From Candidatus Nanoarchaeia archaeon (GTDB taxonomy: Archaea > Nanobdellota > Nanobdellia > SCGC-AAA011-G17 > JACPNG01): DNA of 64,000 nucleotides. The stretch spans positions 9,090 through 73,089 of the forward strand of contig JAQTOC010000002.1 in the NCBI GenBank assembly GCA_028713535.1, written 5' to 3'. The first letter of the stretch is position 1; every line of letters begins with the position of its first letter. The translations under genes and the position numbers were made by a program. Shown here in pieces: positions 48,399 to 57,181 of this stretch. Below the pieces are notes generated by a model. It did not search any database. It was not told where the DNA came from and saw nothing but the letters and a program-made list of their open reading frames with translations.

Positions 48399-49445
48399 AT
48401 GAAAATATACATAAAGACCTTTGGATGTGCGCTGAATAAGGCAGATAGTAATTTTATGTCTAACTTCCTTAATTTAAACGGTTTTGAGATTGTTAAAACT
48501 CCAGACCTAGCAGATATCATTCTTGTTAATTCTTGCGGTGTCAAGGAAAGAACCCAGCACAGGGTTCTCAGTTATATTGAAGAAGCAAGGAGCACTGGAA
48601 AAAAAGTTTATGTTGGCGGTTGCTTGCCGAAGATGCTCAAGGGAAAAATTCATGCAGACGGTCTTTTTGATACAAACTCAATAACAAGGATACCCGAGCT
48701 TTTTAATGATACTGAAAAAATAATTTTCTCTGACAAAAAAGAGGATAAGCTTGACATTAATCAGGAAAAAGGGTTGGCAGTCATCCCTATTGCAGAGGGT
48801 TGTTTGAACCACTGTAACTATTGTTCTGTAAAAGCAGTCAGGGGTGATTTAAGGTCCTACCCCAAGGATGCAATAATAGAAAAAATAAAACAACTCCTTG
48901 ATAACGGTGCAGATAAAATTTATCTTACTGCCCAGGACACAGGGTGTTATGGACTTGATATAAATGAAAACATTGTTTCTTTGCTAAAAGAAATAATTAA
49001 AATAAAAAAAGATTTTAAAGTAAGGCTTGGTATGGCAAATCCCCAGTTTATTATTCCAATTGCAGACGATCTTATTGAAATTTATAAGAATGATAAGATT
49101 ATGAAGTTCCTGCATATCCCGCTCCAGTCTGGCTCTGATAAAATATTAAAGGACATGGGCAGGAATTATTCTGTTGCCGGATTTATTAAGTTAGTTGGTA
49201 AGTTCAGAAAACATGTAAAAGGAATTAACATTTCCACAGATATCATTCTAGGTTATCCCACAGAAACAGAGGAAGATTTCAAAAAAACATTGGAGTTAAT
49301 AGACAAAATAAAACCTGAAGTGATTAACGTTTCAAAGTTTGCTCCAAGGCCGGGAACAAAGGCATCAAGGTTAAAGCAAATTGATTCAAAAATTGTTAAA
49401 GAAAGATCAAAAAAAATAAATGAAAGAATTAAGCTTTTGGTGTAA
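48399..49445 (+). CDS. MiaB-like tRNA methylthiotransferase (radical SAM; archaeal/eukaryotic CDKAL1/e-MtaB type)
   Basis: From the ATG at 48399 the product begins MKIYIKTFGCALNKADS (UPF0004); radical-SAM CLNHCNYCSV and a TRAM-like C-terminus. The track ORF start at 48228 is an upstream in-frame extension. Confidence 0.8.
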   Translation: MKIYIKTFGCALNKADSNFMSNFLNLNGFEIVKTPDLADIILVNSCGVKERTQHRVLSYIEEARSTGKKVYVGGCLPKMLKGKIHADGLFDTNSITRIPELFNDTEKIIFSDKKEDKLDINQEKGLAVIPIAEGCLNHCNYCSVKAVRGDLRSYPKDAIIEKIKQLLDNGADKIYLTAQDTGCYGLDINENIVSLLKEIIKIKKDFKVRLGMANPQFIIPIADDLIEIYKNDKIMKFLHIPLQSGSDKILKDMGRNYSVAGFIKLVGKFRKHVKGINISTDIILGYPTETEEDFKKTLELIDKIKPEVINVSKFAPRPGTKASRLKQIDSKIVKERSKKINERIKLLV

Positions 49446-50295
49446 TCTTGTCTGCAGGTTTCATATCTTTCCATGCAACCTCAAACAAGTTGTTTAATGC
49501 AGAAGCAAAGAAAGGAGTATTTATCCACACACCAACATCATAAGTTGGGTGGACGCTTGAATCATCAAGGACCATAAACACCAAGTCCTTGTCGTCAACA
49601 ATGCAGAATCTCGCATTGATGCTTTTTGAATCCCTTATCTCTGCGACTTTCATTAAATCTTTTATGATTGGAATAGTCTCTTTTGTTATTGGGGCAGCAA
49701 TCTTTATCATTACCCCTTTTTTCTTTAATTTTTCCATCTCAGGTTTTAATGCATCGAACTTTCTTAGCAATCCTTTTGAGGAAGTCATAAATGTTACAGA
49801 CCTTTCAGCATTTTTTATCATTAATTCCATGTGTGTATAAATATTATGTCTGCCTCTTAGTGCTCCAGACAAATCTGAAGGTTCTACAAATTCAATTCCA
49901 TCCTTGTGTAAAGAAGTAAGTTCTTTTAAAACAGGAGTTCCTTTCAAACCATCAAGTTTTTTAACATTTTCTTCTGCTAGTACTTTTACATTTTTCTTAA
50001 CTCTGTCTACAACTTCAGAAGGATCGACAGCCAAATATTTTATTGGTTTGCCTAATTTCATGACAACAAATCCTTTTTTCTCTAAGGACTCTAGAACATC
50101 ATATGCTCTTGATCTTGGAACATTCCCAATCTCTGATAGTTCCCCTGCAGTTGAAATTCCTCTTGAGAGGAGTGCTGTCCAAATCCTTGCTTCGTACAAA
50201 TTTAAGTTAAATGCTCTTCGAAGCTTGCTCAAAAACTCTTCCTTAACAATCATTAACCATCTTCCTCCTGGTATGAACCTCTTTTGTTTAACCAC
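49429..50295 (-). CDS. TrmB-family transcriptional regulator
   Basis: N-terminal TrmB wHTH (LYEARIWTALLSRGISTAGELSEIGNVPRSRAYDVLESLEKKGFV) plus a C-terminal effector domain. The start may be the internal Met at about 50253. Confidence 0.65.
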   Translation of the reverse strand: MVKQKRFIPGGRWLMIVKEEFLSKLRRAFNLNLYEARIWTALLSRGISTAGELSEIGNVPRSRAYDVLESLEKKGFVVMKLGKPIKYLAVDPSEVVDRVKKNVKVLAEENVKKLDGLKGTPVLKELTSLHKDGIEFVEPSDLSGALRGRHNIYTHMELMIKNAERSVTFMTSSKGLLRKFDALKPEMEKLKKKGVMIKIAAPITKETIPIIKDLMKVAEIRDSKSINARFCIVDDKDLVFMVLDDSSVHPTYDVGVWINTPFFASALNNLFEVAWKDMKPADKITPKA

Positions 50296-50422
50296 TCTTA
50301 AGATTAAAAGGTGGTTCTTAACTTTGAGTTAATACAACTTTATGATTATTTAGTAAAAATGAGAGTATATAAACATTTTTATTTTTTAATCTTTATTTTT
50401 ACAATTTACCACTTTGAAATTA

Positions 50423-52183
50423 CTATATTAGAGACTTATTTTGTTTATTATATATTCTTTTTACATCGTCGATGTTATTGATGTCATTAATGGATTTGTC
50501 ATATCTTATCCTCGTTACTCGTGGGAACCTTAATGCATATCCTGAATTATATGTTGGAGACCTTTGTATTTCTTCATAGTTGACTTCAACAACAATTTTT
50601 GGTTTTAATTCTACAACACTTCCCTTTTCCTTTATTATGTTTGGCTTTAGCATTTTTGTTAATGATACAAATGTTAATTCTGAATCTTTTTCTTTTATTC
50701 CTGTCCCAACTCTTCCAATCTCTAAGAATTTATCTTTTTCTTTGCATGATAAAATAAACGAGCTGAACATCGATGTTCTTTTCCCTTCTCCCCATTGCGC
50801 ACCGGTTATTGCTAAATCAAGTGGCTCTTTGATTGGTTTTAGTTTTAACCAGCCCTTGACATGTCTTCCAGGAAGATATTCCTTGTCGAGTTTTTTTGCC
50901 ATTAGTCCTTCATTGCCCATCTTTAAGGACTCTTTGTAGAACTCCTCAACTTTTTTCTTATCCTTTGTTATTAATGCCTTTGTTATTATTATTTTTTGTT
51001 TTTCTGGTTTTATTATTTTTTTAACTAAGTTTCTTCTCTCTGTTTGTTTTAAGTCCATTAAATTTTTTCCGTTTAATAACATAATGTCAAACACATTAAT
51101 TTCAACCGGGAATTTCTTTGCCATTTCCTCAATATTATGTTTTCTTTTTATTCTCTGTGATATAGACTGGAATGGCCTTGGCCTTTTTGTTTTTGGGTCA
51201 TAGCCCATTAATTCAGTGTCAATTATGTAGGAGTCAGCGTTAGTATGTTTTTCAAGTACAGGAATGAGTTCCTTGAACTGGTTTGTCACATCCTCAAGCC
51301 TTCTCGTATAAATCTTATATTTATTCTTGCCAATTTTATGGATCTGTCCTCTGAATCCATCCAGTTTGTATTCCCATAAAATTTCTTCATCTCCAAGTTC
51401 GTCATAAGCCTCTTTTATTGTGTCTATTTTTATTGCAAGCATGGGATTGATTGGTTTTTCAAGCCCGATTTTTATTTTGCCTAACGAACTAAGCCCGTTT
51501 TCTTTCAATGAGAGGGCAACATCCCCAAAATCATTTGAAAGATTGTATGCGTGCTGGACTTTTTCAACCAGTTCATTGTATTCTTCTCTCGAGCATTTAA
51601 GTATGATTTCTTCTTTTTCTTTGTCATATGAAACCCTGTCTGGGAAAAATGCCCAGATCAATGAATCTCTTATCGTCCCCTCTGCTACACCAATTCTCAG
51701 GATTTCAAGCAAAGTCCTTGTAATATATTTTGCTTCTAAGGGCGTTGCGTTCGAGAATAATTCAGATATTAACTGGATTCTTCTGTTTACAGTCCCTGCT
51801 CCCTGCATATCAGCCAGCTTTGAAATGTTTTCAAAAACTTTTTTGACTGTTAATCTCTGGCTTGTTAATTTGCTTTGCTTGTTTTCTTTTATAAGTTCTT
51901 CAGCAACAATTCCAAGATCTCCTTTTTTCTTGAATAAATTCTCAATTTTTTCTGGTGAGACTCCTGTTGTTTGGGCAAGAGCTTTTATTGCAATCTTTGA
52001 AGAAACACCAATTTTTCTTTCATCGTAAATTGGAAAGACTCTCCCTCTCAAGAGATATGCTAATTCCCTTAAGGAGTCTTTTGTTGTTTTTTTAATCAGA
52101 GCTGCTAAAATCTCAGTTTTTTCAAGTCTCTTTGAAGTTTTCTCAAGATCATCATAACATCTAGCCAGTTCAAGATAATCCAT
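50423..52183 (-). CDS. lig: ATP-dependent DNA ligase (archaeal LigI type)
   Basis: Adenylation motif EYKLDGFRGQIH (KxDG) plus OB and DNA-binding domains. The start is placed at MDYLELARCY because the longer track start overlaps the nitroreductase gene. Confidence 0.9.
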   Translation of the reverse strand: MDYLELARCYDDLEKTSKRLEKTEILAALIKKTTKDSLRELAYLLRGRVFPIYDERKIGVSSKIAIKALAQTTGVSPEKIENLFKKKGDLGIVAEELIKENKQSKLTSQRLTVKKVFENISKLADMQGAGTVNRRIQLISELFSNATPLEAKYITRTLLEILRIGVAEGTIRDSLIWAFFPDRVSYDKEKEEIILKCSREEYNELVEKVQHAYNLSNDFGDVALSLKENGLSSLGKIKIGLEKPINPMLAIKIDTIKEAYDELGDEEILWEYKLDGFRGQIHKIGKNKYKIYTRRLEDVTNQFKELIPVLEKHTNADSYIIDTELMGYDPKTKRPRPFQSISQRIKRKHNIEEMAKKFPVEINVFDIMLLNGKNLMDLKQTERRNLVKKIIKPEKQKIIITKALITKDKKKVEEFYKESLKMGNEGLMAKKLDKEYLPGRHVKGWLKLKPIKEPLDLAITGAQWGEGKRTSMFSSFILSCKEKDKFLEIGRVGTGIKEKDSELTFVSLTKMLKPNIIKEKGSVVELKPKIVVEVNYEEIQRSPTYNSGYALRFPRVTRIRYDKSINDINNIDDVKRIYNKQNKSLI

Positions 52184-52221
52184 AAAGGTTATAAATAACA
52201 GGATACATTTAAAGTTTTTGT

Positions 52222-52893
52222 ATGGAACTATCAAAAGCAATGAGGGAAAGGCGTTCTGTTAGAACGTTTAAACTTAAGCAGATAGATCTACAGGATATTT
52301 ATGAAGCCTTTGACGATGCAAGGTTTGCTCCAAGCTCGGGAAATATCCAGAACTGGAGAGTCATGATTATAAGAGAAGAAGAAAAAATAAAAGATGTTGC
52401 AGTTGCATGTGTAAGGCAAAAATGGATTACAGAAGCGCCAGTTGTTTTGGTTGTATGCAACGAACCAGACGACGTAATAAGAGTTTATGGCGAAAAAGGA
52501 GAGATTTATGCTTTGGAAAATGTTTGTTTCTTCACTCAGAATCTTATTTTATCCCTTTATGCAAGAGGTCTTGGCAGTTGTATAGTTGGTAGTTTTGATA
52601 AGGTTGCAATTAAAAGAATTATAAAATGTCCTGAAACCATGCAGCCCTTGTTTGTTATCCCTGTTGGTATTTCAAATGAGATAAAAAAAGTTCCAAAAAG
52701 GGATGAAGTAGAGGATTTTATTTACTTTGCAGCAGGAAGGTGGGGCCTTGCAAGAAAATGGCGTGACAGAGACCCGGCAATTGATACAGACCTTACAAGA
52801 ATGAAGGAGAGCTTTGATAAAAAAAGAAAAAGATTTTTCGAAAAAGTTTCTGCCTTGTTCAAGAAAAAACAAGAAGTTAAAAAACAAGAATAA
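52222..52893 (+). CDS. nitroreductase-family protein with a basic C-terminal extension
   Basis: RRSVRTF...PSSGNIQNWR nitroreductase fold. Confidence 0.75.
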   Translation: MELSKAMRERRSVRTFKLKQIDLQDIYEAFDDARFAPSSGNIQNWRVMIIREEEKIKDVAVACVRQKWITEAPVVLVVCNEPDDVIRVYGEKGEIYALENVCFFTQNLILSLYARGLGSCIVGSFDKVAIKRIIKCPETMQPLFVIPVGISNEIKKVPKRDEVEDFIYFAAGRWGLARKWRDRDPAIDTDLTRMKESFDKKRKRFFEKVSALFKKKQEVKKQE

Positions 52894-52904
52894 ATTCTAA
52901 ATTT

Positions 52905-52952
52905 TCCCCAATTAAAAAATAAAAAAGCCGGTGCCAATAATCTCGCACCAGC
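52905..52952 (-). terminator. hairpin plus T-tract terminator downstream of ftsZ (bidirectional with the nitroreductase 3' end)
   Basis: gccggtgc...gcaccagc stem followed on the minus strand by ttttttatttttt; a second hairpin (taagggca...tgccctta) lies at 52963..52999. Confidence 0.3.
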
Positions 52953-53003
52953 AAGATTTAGGTAAGGGCAATAAAACTTAGGGGGATTTAATGCCCTTAA
53001 GCA

Positions 53004-54074
53004 TTAATGTACCAGGTCAATCCCTAATTCATTGCTAAGATGCTTTGCTTTAGAGCTTGACTTCCCTTTTACCGATTTCCCAAGTATGTATGGTGAGTTA
53101 ACTCCAGTAATTATTGTCATTACCCTTAGTCTTCCTTTCATTTCCTTGGAAATTCTTGCACCCCATATTACGTTAGCATCTGCATCTAGTGCCTCTGTGA
53201 TTTGGTCACCAACCTGGCTTACTTCATCCAAGGTCAAGTCTTCCCCGCCCGAGATGTGTATTAAGGCTCCTGTTGCACCCTCGTAGCTTACATCTAGTAA
53301 TGGGTTTGTCAAAGCTCTTCTTACAGCTTCTTCTACCCTGTGGCTAGAGTCAGATTCTCCAATACCAATAACAGATACGTCTCCATTAGCCATGATTGCC
53401 TTTACGTCAGCGTAATCAAGGTTAACTAATGAAGGAACTGCAATAGTCTCTACAATACCCTTAATCATAGTGCTCATCAATTCGTTAGCTACTGCAAATG
53501 CCTGCTCTATTGGTAGGTTCCCAGCAATTTGGACTAGCCTGTTGTTGTCTATAACTATAACAGTATCTGATACTTCTCTTAGCTGTTGCAATCCAAATTC
53601 AGCCTTGTCAATTCTTGCTCTTTCTATGTCGAATGGCATTGTAACTGTTCCAATAACGATTGCGCCTACATCCTTTGCCATCTGGGCTACTACTGGTGCG
53701 CTTCCTGTTCCAGTTCCTCCACCCATTCCAGCACATATAAAGACCATATCAGATCCTTTGATCAATTCTCTTAATTCTTGTAAGGATTCTTTTGCAGCGT
53801 CTCTTCCAACGTTTGGATATCCACCTGCACCAAGTCCCTTTGTTAAGTCTCTACCGATAAGAATTTTTCTGTCTGCCTCAACTATGTCAAGGTGTTGTTT
53901 GTCTGTGTTTATGGCAGCAATCTCAGCTCCCTGGATGCCTTTCTTGAACAACCAGTTTGTAGTGTTAGATCCTCCACCACCGCATCCAATAACTTTGATG
54001 TTTGCCTGTCCAACCCCTGAGGTTGGCATTATGTCTTTGTGTGTTTCAATTGCACTTTGAACGATAAAATCCAT
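53004..54074 (-). CDS. ftsZ: cell division protein FtsZ
   Basis: Tubulin signature GMGGGTGTGSAPVVA and the N-terminal GTP-binding VIGCGGGGSN motif; 356 aa. Confidence 0.95.
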   Translation of the reverse strand: MDFIVQSAIETHKDIMPTSGVGQANIKVIGCGGGGSNTTNWLFKKGIQGAEIAAINTDKQHLDIVEADRKILIGRDLTKGLGAGGYPNVGRDAAKESLQELRELIKGSDMVFICAGMGGGTGTGSAPVVAQMAKDVGAIVIGTVTMPFDIERARIDKAEFGLQQLREVSDTVIVIDNNRLVQIAGNLPIEQAFAVANELMSTMIKGIVETIAVPSLVNLDYADVKAIMANGDVSVIGIGESDSSHRVEEAVRRALTNPLLDVSYEGATGALIHISGGEDLTLDEVSQVGDQITEALDADANVIWGARISKEMKGRLRVMTIITGVNSPYILGKSVKGKSSSKAKHLSNELGIDLVH

Positions 54075-54447
54075 TTTCTCTTTTCCCCCATTTTGTTTTT
54101 TATTACCTATTACCCAAAACCGTAAAGTTTATATTTGAGTAATGATTATGTTTTTCTTAGAAATAGTTTAACTTGCCCAAGTTGACTGTTTCAAATGTAC
54201 ATACCGATAAATAGGAACGATACGCCCGAAGTTCCAAAAACGCCCAAAATCAGCCTTATTGCCCAATAAGCTGAATAAACTTGGAACTTTATTCTATCTT
54301 TTTTATTATTAATTGTCTTTTTAAATGACAGTTTAGTATATAAATATTTTTTATAATCAATATATATATTGAATAATATAGTTATACAACATATAGTTTA
54401 AATAATATAAATTATTTTTAAGAAAATTCATTTGTCATATTCATATC

Positions 54448-55719
54448 ATGACAAAAAAATATAATATTTTAGATAAAATTGAAGTTTTTTTAGAGGATCA
54501 GTCTTATATTGGAATAGTTATGCCAAACTCTGATTCAAAAACTTTGTTTCTGAAACTAGGCTCAGGGTATAATATTGGAATTGATGTCAAAAAAATAAAA
54601 ACTCTGAAATTAATCAAGAAAAAAACTGAGATAAAAACAGCAGCAAAAAAAACCCCCCATAACAAAGACCTCCCAATGATATCTGTGTTGCATACAGGAG
54701 GAACAATTGCCTCAAAGGTGGACTATGAAACTGGCGGGGTTGTTTCAAGGTTTGAGCCAGAAGAATTGATTTCCATGTTTCCAGAGTTAAATAAAATTGC
54801 AAATATTGAAAGTGTTTTTGTTTCCAATGTTTTTTCTGAAAATTTAAGGTTCAAAGACTATGAAAAAATAGCAAAGGCAATAGAAGCAGAAATAAAAAAA
54901 GGAGTAAAAGGGATTATAATCGGCCACGGAACAGATACCTTGCATTACACCTCTGCTGCATTGGCATTTATGTTTGATAATTTACAACTACCAGTTATCC
55001 TTGTTGGTGCGCAAAGATCCAGTGATAGGGGGAGTTCTGATGCTGCCCTTAATCTGATTAACGCCGCTTATTTTATTGCAAATACCAATTTTAAGGGCAT
55101 AGGGATATGCATGCATAAAGACTTGGATGATGAAACCTGTTTTATACTGCCTCCGACCAAGACAAGAAAGTTACACAGTTCTAGAAGGGATGCATTTAAA
55201 GTTGTTAACGATACACCTATTGCAGAAGTTAATTATTCTAAAAATAAATTTGTCATGTTAAGAAAAATGGAATCTGAGCAGGGTGCATGGAAATTAAGGT
55301 CAAACTTTGAATCAAAGGTTGGAATCCTGAAAGTTTATCCAAACTTGAATGCTAAACAAATCGAAAGTTTCAAAGGATACAAAGGGCTTGTCATTGAAGG
55401 GACTGGATTGGGGCATATTGCAATAGATAACTCTCCTGAAAACAAAAAAATATTTGCTTCATTAAAAAACCTTGCTAAAACTTGTGTTGTTGTTATGGCC
55501 TCTCAATGCTTGTTTGGCAGAGTTAATCTTAATGTTTATTCAACTGGCAGGGAGCTGCAGAATATTGGAGTTATTTCCGGAGAGGACATGACCCCAGAAA
55601 CAGCATATATTAAATTGGCTTGGTTGCTTGGTAATTATAAAAAAGAAGAAGTTAAGCAGATGATTTCTAAGAACCTTAAAGGTGAAATAAACAAGAGAAT
55701 TGGAACCGAGTTCTTATAG
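54448..55719 (+). CDS. gatD: Glu-tRNA(Gln) amidotransferase subunit D (GatD)
   Basis: Asparaginase-like domain (VLHTGGTIAS, GTDT) with the archaeal GatD N-terminal extension; 423 aa. Confidence 0.85.
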   Translation: MTKKYNILDKIEVFLEDQSYIGIVMPNSDSKTLFLKLGSGYNIGIDVKKIKTLKLIKKKTEIKTAAKKTPHNKDLPMISVLHTGGTIASKVDYETGGVVSRFEPEELISMFPELNKIANIESVFVSNVFSENLRFKDYEKIAKAIEAEIKKGVKGIIIGHGTDTLHYTSAALAFMFDNLQLPVILVGAQRSSDRGSSDAALNLINAAYFIANTNFKGIGICMHKDLDDETCFILPPTKTRKLHSSRRDAFKVVNDTPIAEVNYSKNKFVMLRKMESEQGAWKLRSNFESKVGILKVYPNLNAKQIESFKGYKGLVIEGTGLGHIAIDNSPENKKIFASLKNLAKTCVVVMASQCLFGRVNLNVYSTGRELQNIGVISGEDMTPETAYIKLAWLLGNYKKEEVKQMISKNLKGEINKRIGTEFL

Positions 55720-55801
55720 TACAAGTATATACTTGAGGATGATAAAGAATGCCCAAATCTTATTTTAAGACTTGGGCTTGGTAAATCTTCTTTAAGGTTT
55801 C

Positions 55802-56371
55802 TTAATGGCATTTGAATGAATCAAACGCCAACTTGTAACCAGGATAACTTGGGTCTTCTTCCATGTTAAACCCCGGCAAGGAAGATGATCCTTTTTGCCA
55901 CCCCGCAGTCGAGGTTAGCAAAAATAAATTCCTGCTCTTGTCACAGTACCATACGACAGTTGATCCAATCAGCTCATTCTTAAAAAACCTTAACCCCCAC
56001 GCTATATGTCCGGAGGGGGTGTTGTAATTTTGTGGTTCTATTCGATAAAAGTTCTCGGTTTTTTCTAGACTAGTAATATACTCCATAAACAGATTCTTAA
56101 GTTCAAGGTTAGAAAGAGCATCGCTTGAGAACAACGCAACAACAAGGCTTGTCTCGTTTTCCTCATTAGATAGGACAACGGCCTCGAGGAATTTAATTTG
56201 TTCATTTTTAAATCTGAACGTTTCAACCCCTTCTTTTACTTCCATGTCTTCAGGGTATTCAAAAGAAACCCCCCAAGTTTCATAGATTTTTGTATCAGGG
56301 AGTTCCTGACTTTTCATTATGGGAAAACTCAAGAACGTCCACAGAAGCATTACGAGAATTTTTTTAATCAT
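55802..56371 (-). CDS. secreted hypothetical protein (signal peptide) in a GC-rich island
   Basis: Signal peptide MIKKILVMLLWTFLSFPIM; GC about 42%, against a genome background near 30%. Confidence 0.4.
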   Translation of the reverse strand: MIKKILVMLLWTFLSFPIMKSQELPDTKIYETWGVSFEYPEDMEVKEGVETFRFKNEQIKFLEAVVLSNEENETSLVVALFSSDALSNLELKNLFMEYITSLEKTENFYRIEPQNYNTPSGHIAWGLRFFKNELIGSTVVWYCDKSRNLFLLTSTAGWQKGSSSLPGFNMEEDPSYPGYKLAFDSFKCH

Positions 56372-56432
56372 AAGTATCCTTTCATTTTAATATGTAAATC
56401 TTCCTTCACAAGAATTTGGTTTGCTGCTAAAT

Positions 56433-56810
56433 TCAAATTGAATTATTTCTGGCTCTACAGCGATCGCATACGAATTTTCCATCGCTCGTAGTTATTACCA
56501 TGTCCAATGGAAGTATATCTTCGTCTTTAGTGATGCGACTAAACCAGTTGATGTTTTTATTCCCACAGCCTGGTACCGGACATTTAATTTTTTCTTTTGG
56601 CCGGTTCCTTATCGCATGAATTAAGTAATGGAAGTATGCACAGTAGACGATAAATCCACAAACCAACCAAACAATCACGCGCAACCATAAAGGTGAAACA
56701 TTCAGAAGAGCCAGATAGACAGCCACTCCAAGCCACACTAAAGACCAGAGATAAGGTTTGAGAATCTGCCCAAACTCCGGTTTTTCTTTTCTTTCTTCTA
56801 AATTTTTCAT
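56433..56810 (-). CDS. membrane protein with a C-terminal Zn-ribbon, in the GC-rich island
   Basis: Two TM helices, then CPVPGCG...CDRC. Confidence 0.4.
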   Translation of the reverse strand: MKNLEERKEKPEFGQILKPYLWSLVWLGVAVYLALLNVSPLWLRVIVWLVCGFIVYCAYFHYLIHAIRNRPKEKIKCPVPGCGNKNINWFSRITKDEDILPLDMVITTSDGKFVCDRCRARNNSI

Positions 56811-57010
56811 TGGTCCCTCCTTAAAATATTAGAAGTTATAACCAAAATCGAAACTGTTCCAAAACCAAGGTAAACAACAAACCCTACTGATTGAATAGAA
56901 ATGGTTGAGCTTTTGATGAAAACCACGAATCCGATGATTGAAATCAAAAGCAAAATAATCCCTTCAATCAGACCAAGTTCTCCTAACTGTTTTTTAAGAA
57001 CCTTAAACAT
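56807..57010 (-). CDS. small 2-TM membrane protein
   Basis: 4-nt overlap with the downstream gene. Confidence 0.3.
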   Translation of the reverse strand: MFKVLKKQLGELGLIEGIILLLISIIGFVVFIKSSTISIQSVGFVVYLGFGTVSILVITSNILRRDQ

Positions 57011-57181
57011 GAGAACCTCCGCCTTTTTCCAGCCATTCTAGAAAATAAAGCACAGTCAAGACTGAGAGCCTCTTTTTCCAAAATAGCTTTGTTAAAATTA
57101 TGGGTTTTATAGTCTATCGCTTATTTATAAACCTAACTAAAAAACTCAACTTTTATAAATCAAAAAATAACCTTAACTGTA

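Noticed and set aside
7142-49445. Kae1 (7142..8128) and the MiaB-like methylthiotransferase (48399..49445) as a linked t6A/ms2t6A 'system'
   Set aside because: Both act on A37, but they lie 40 kb apart with unrelated neighbours, so this is ordinary housekeeping.
54075-54447. Replication origin
   Set aside because: It is AT-rich, but there are no ORB/mini-ORB repeats and no adjacent orc1/cdc6, so I report it only as a promoter-rich intergenic region.
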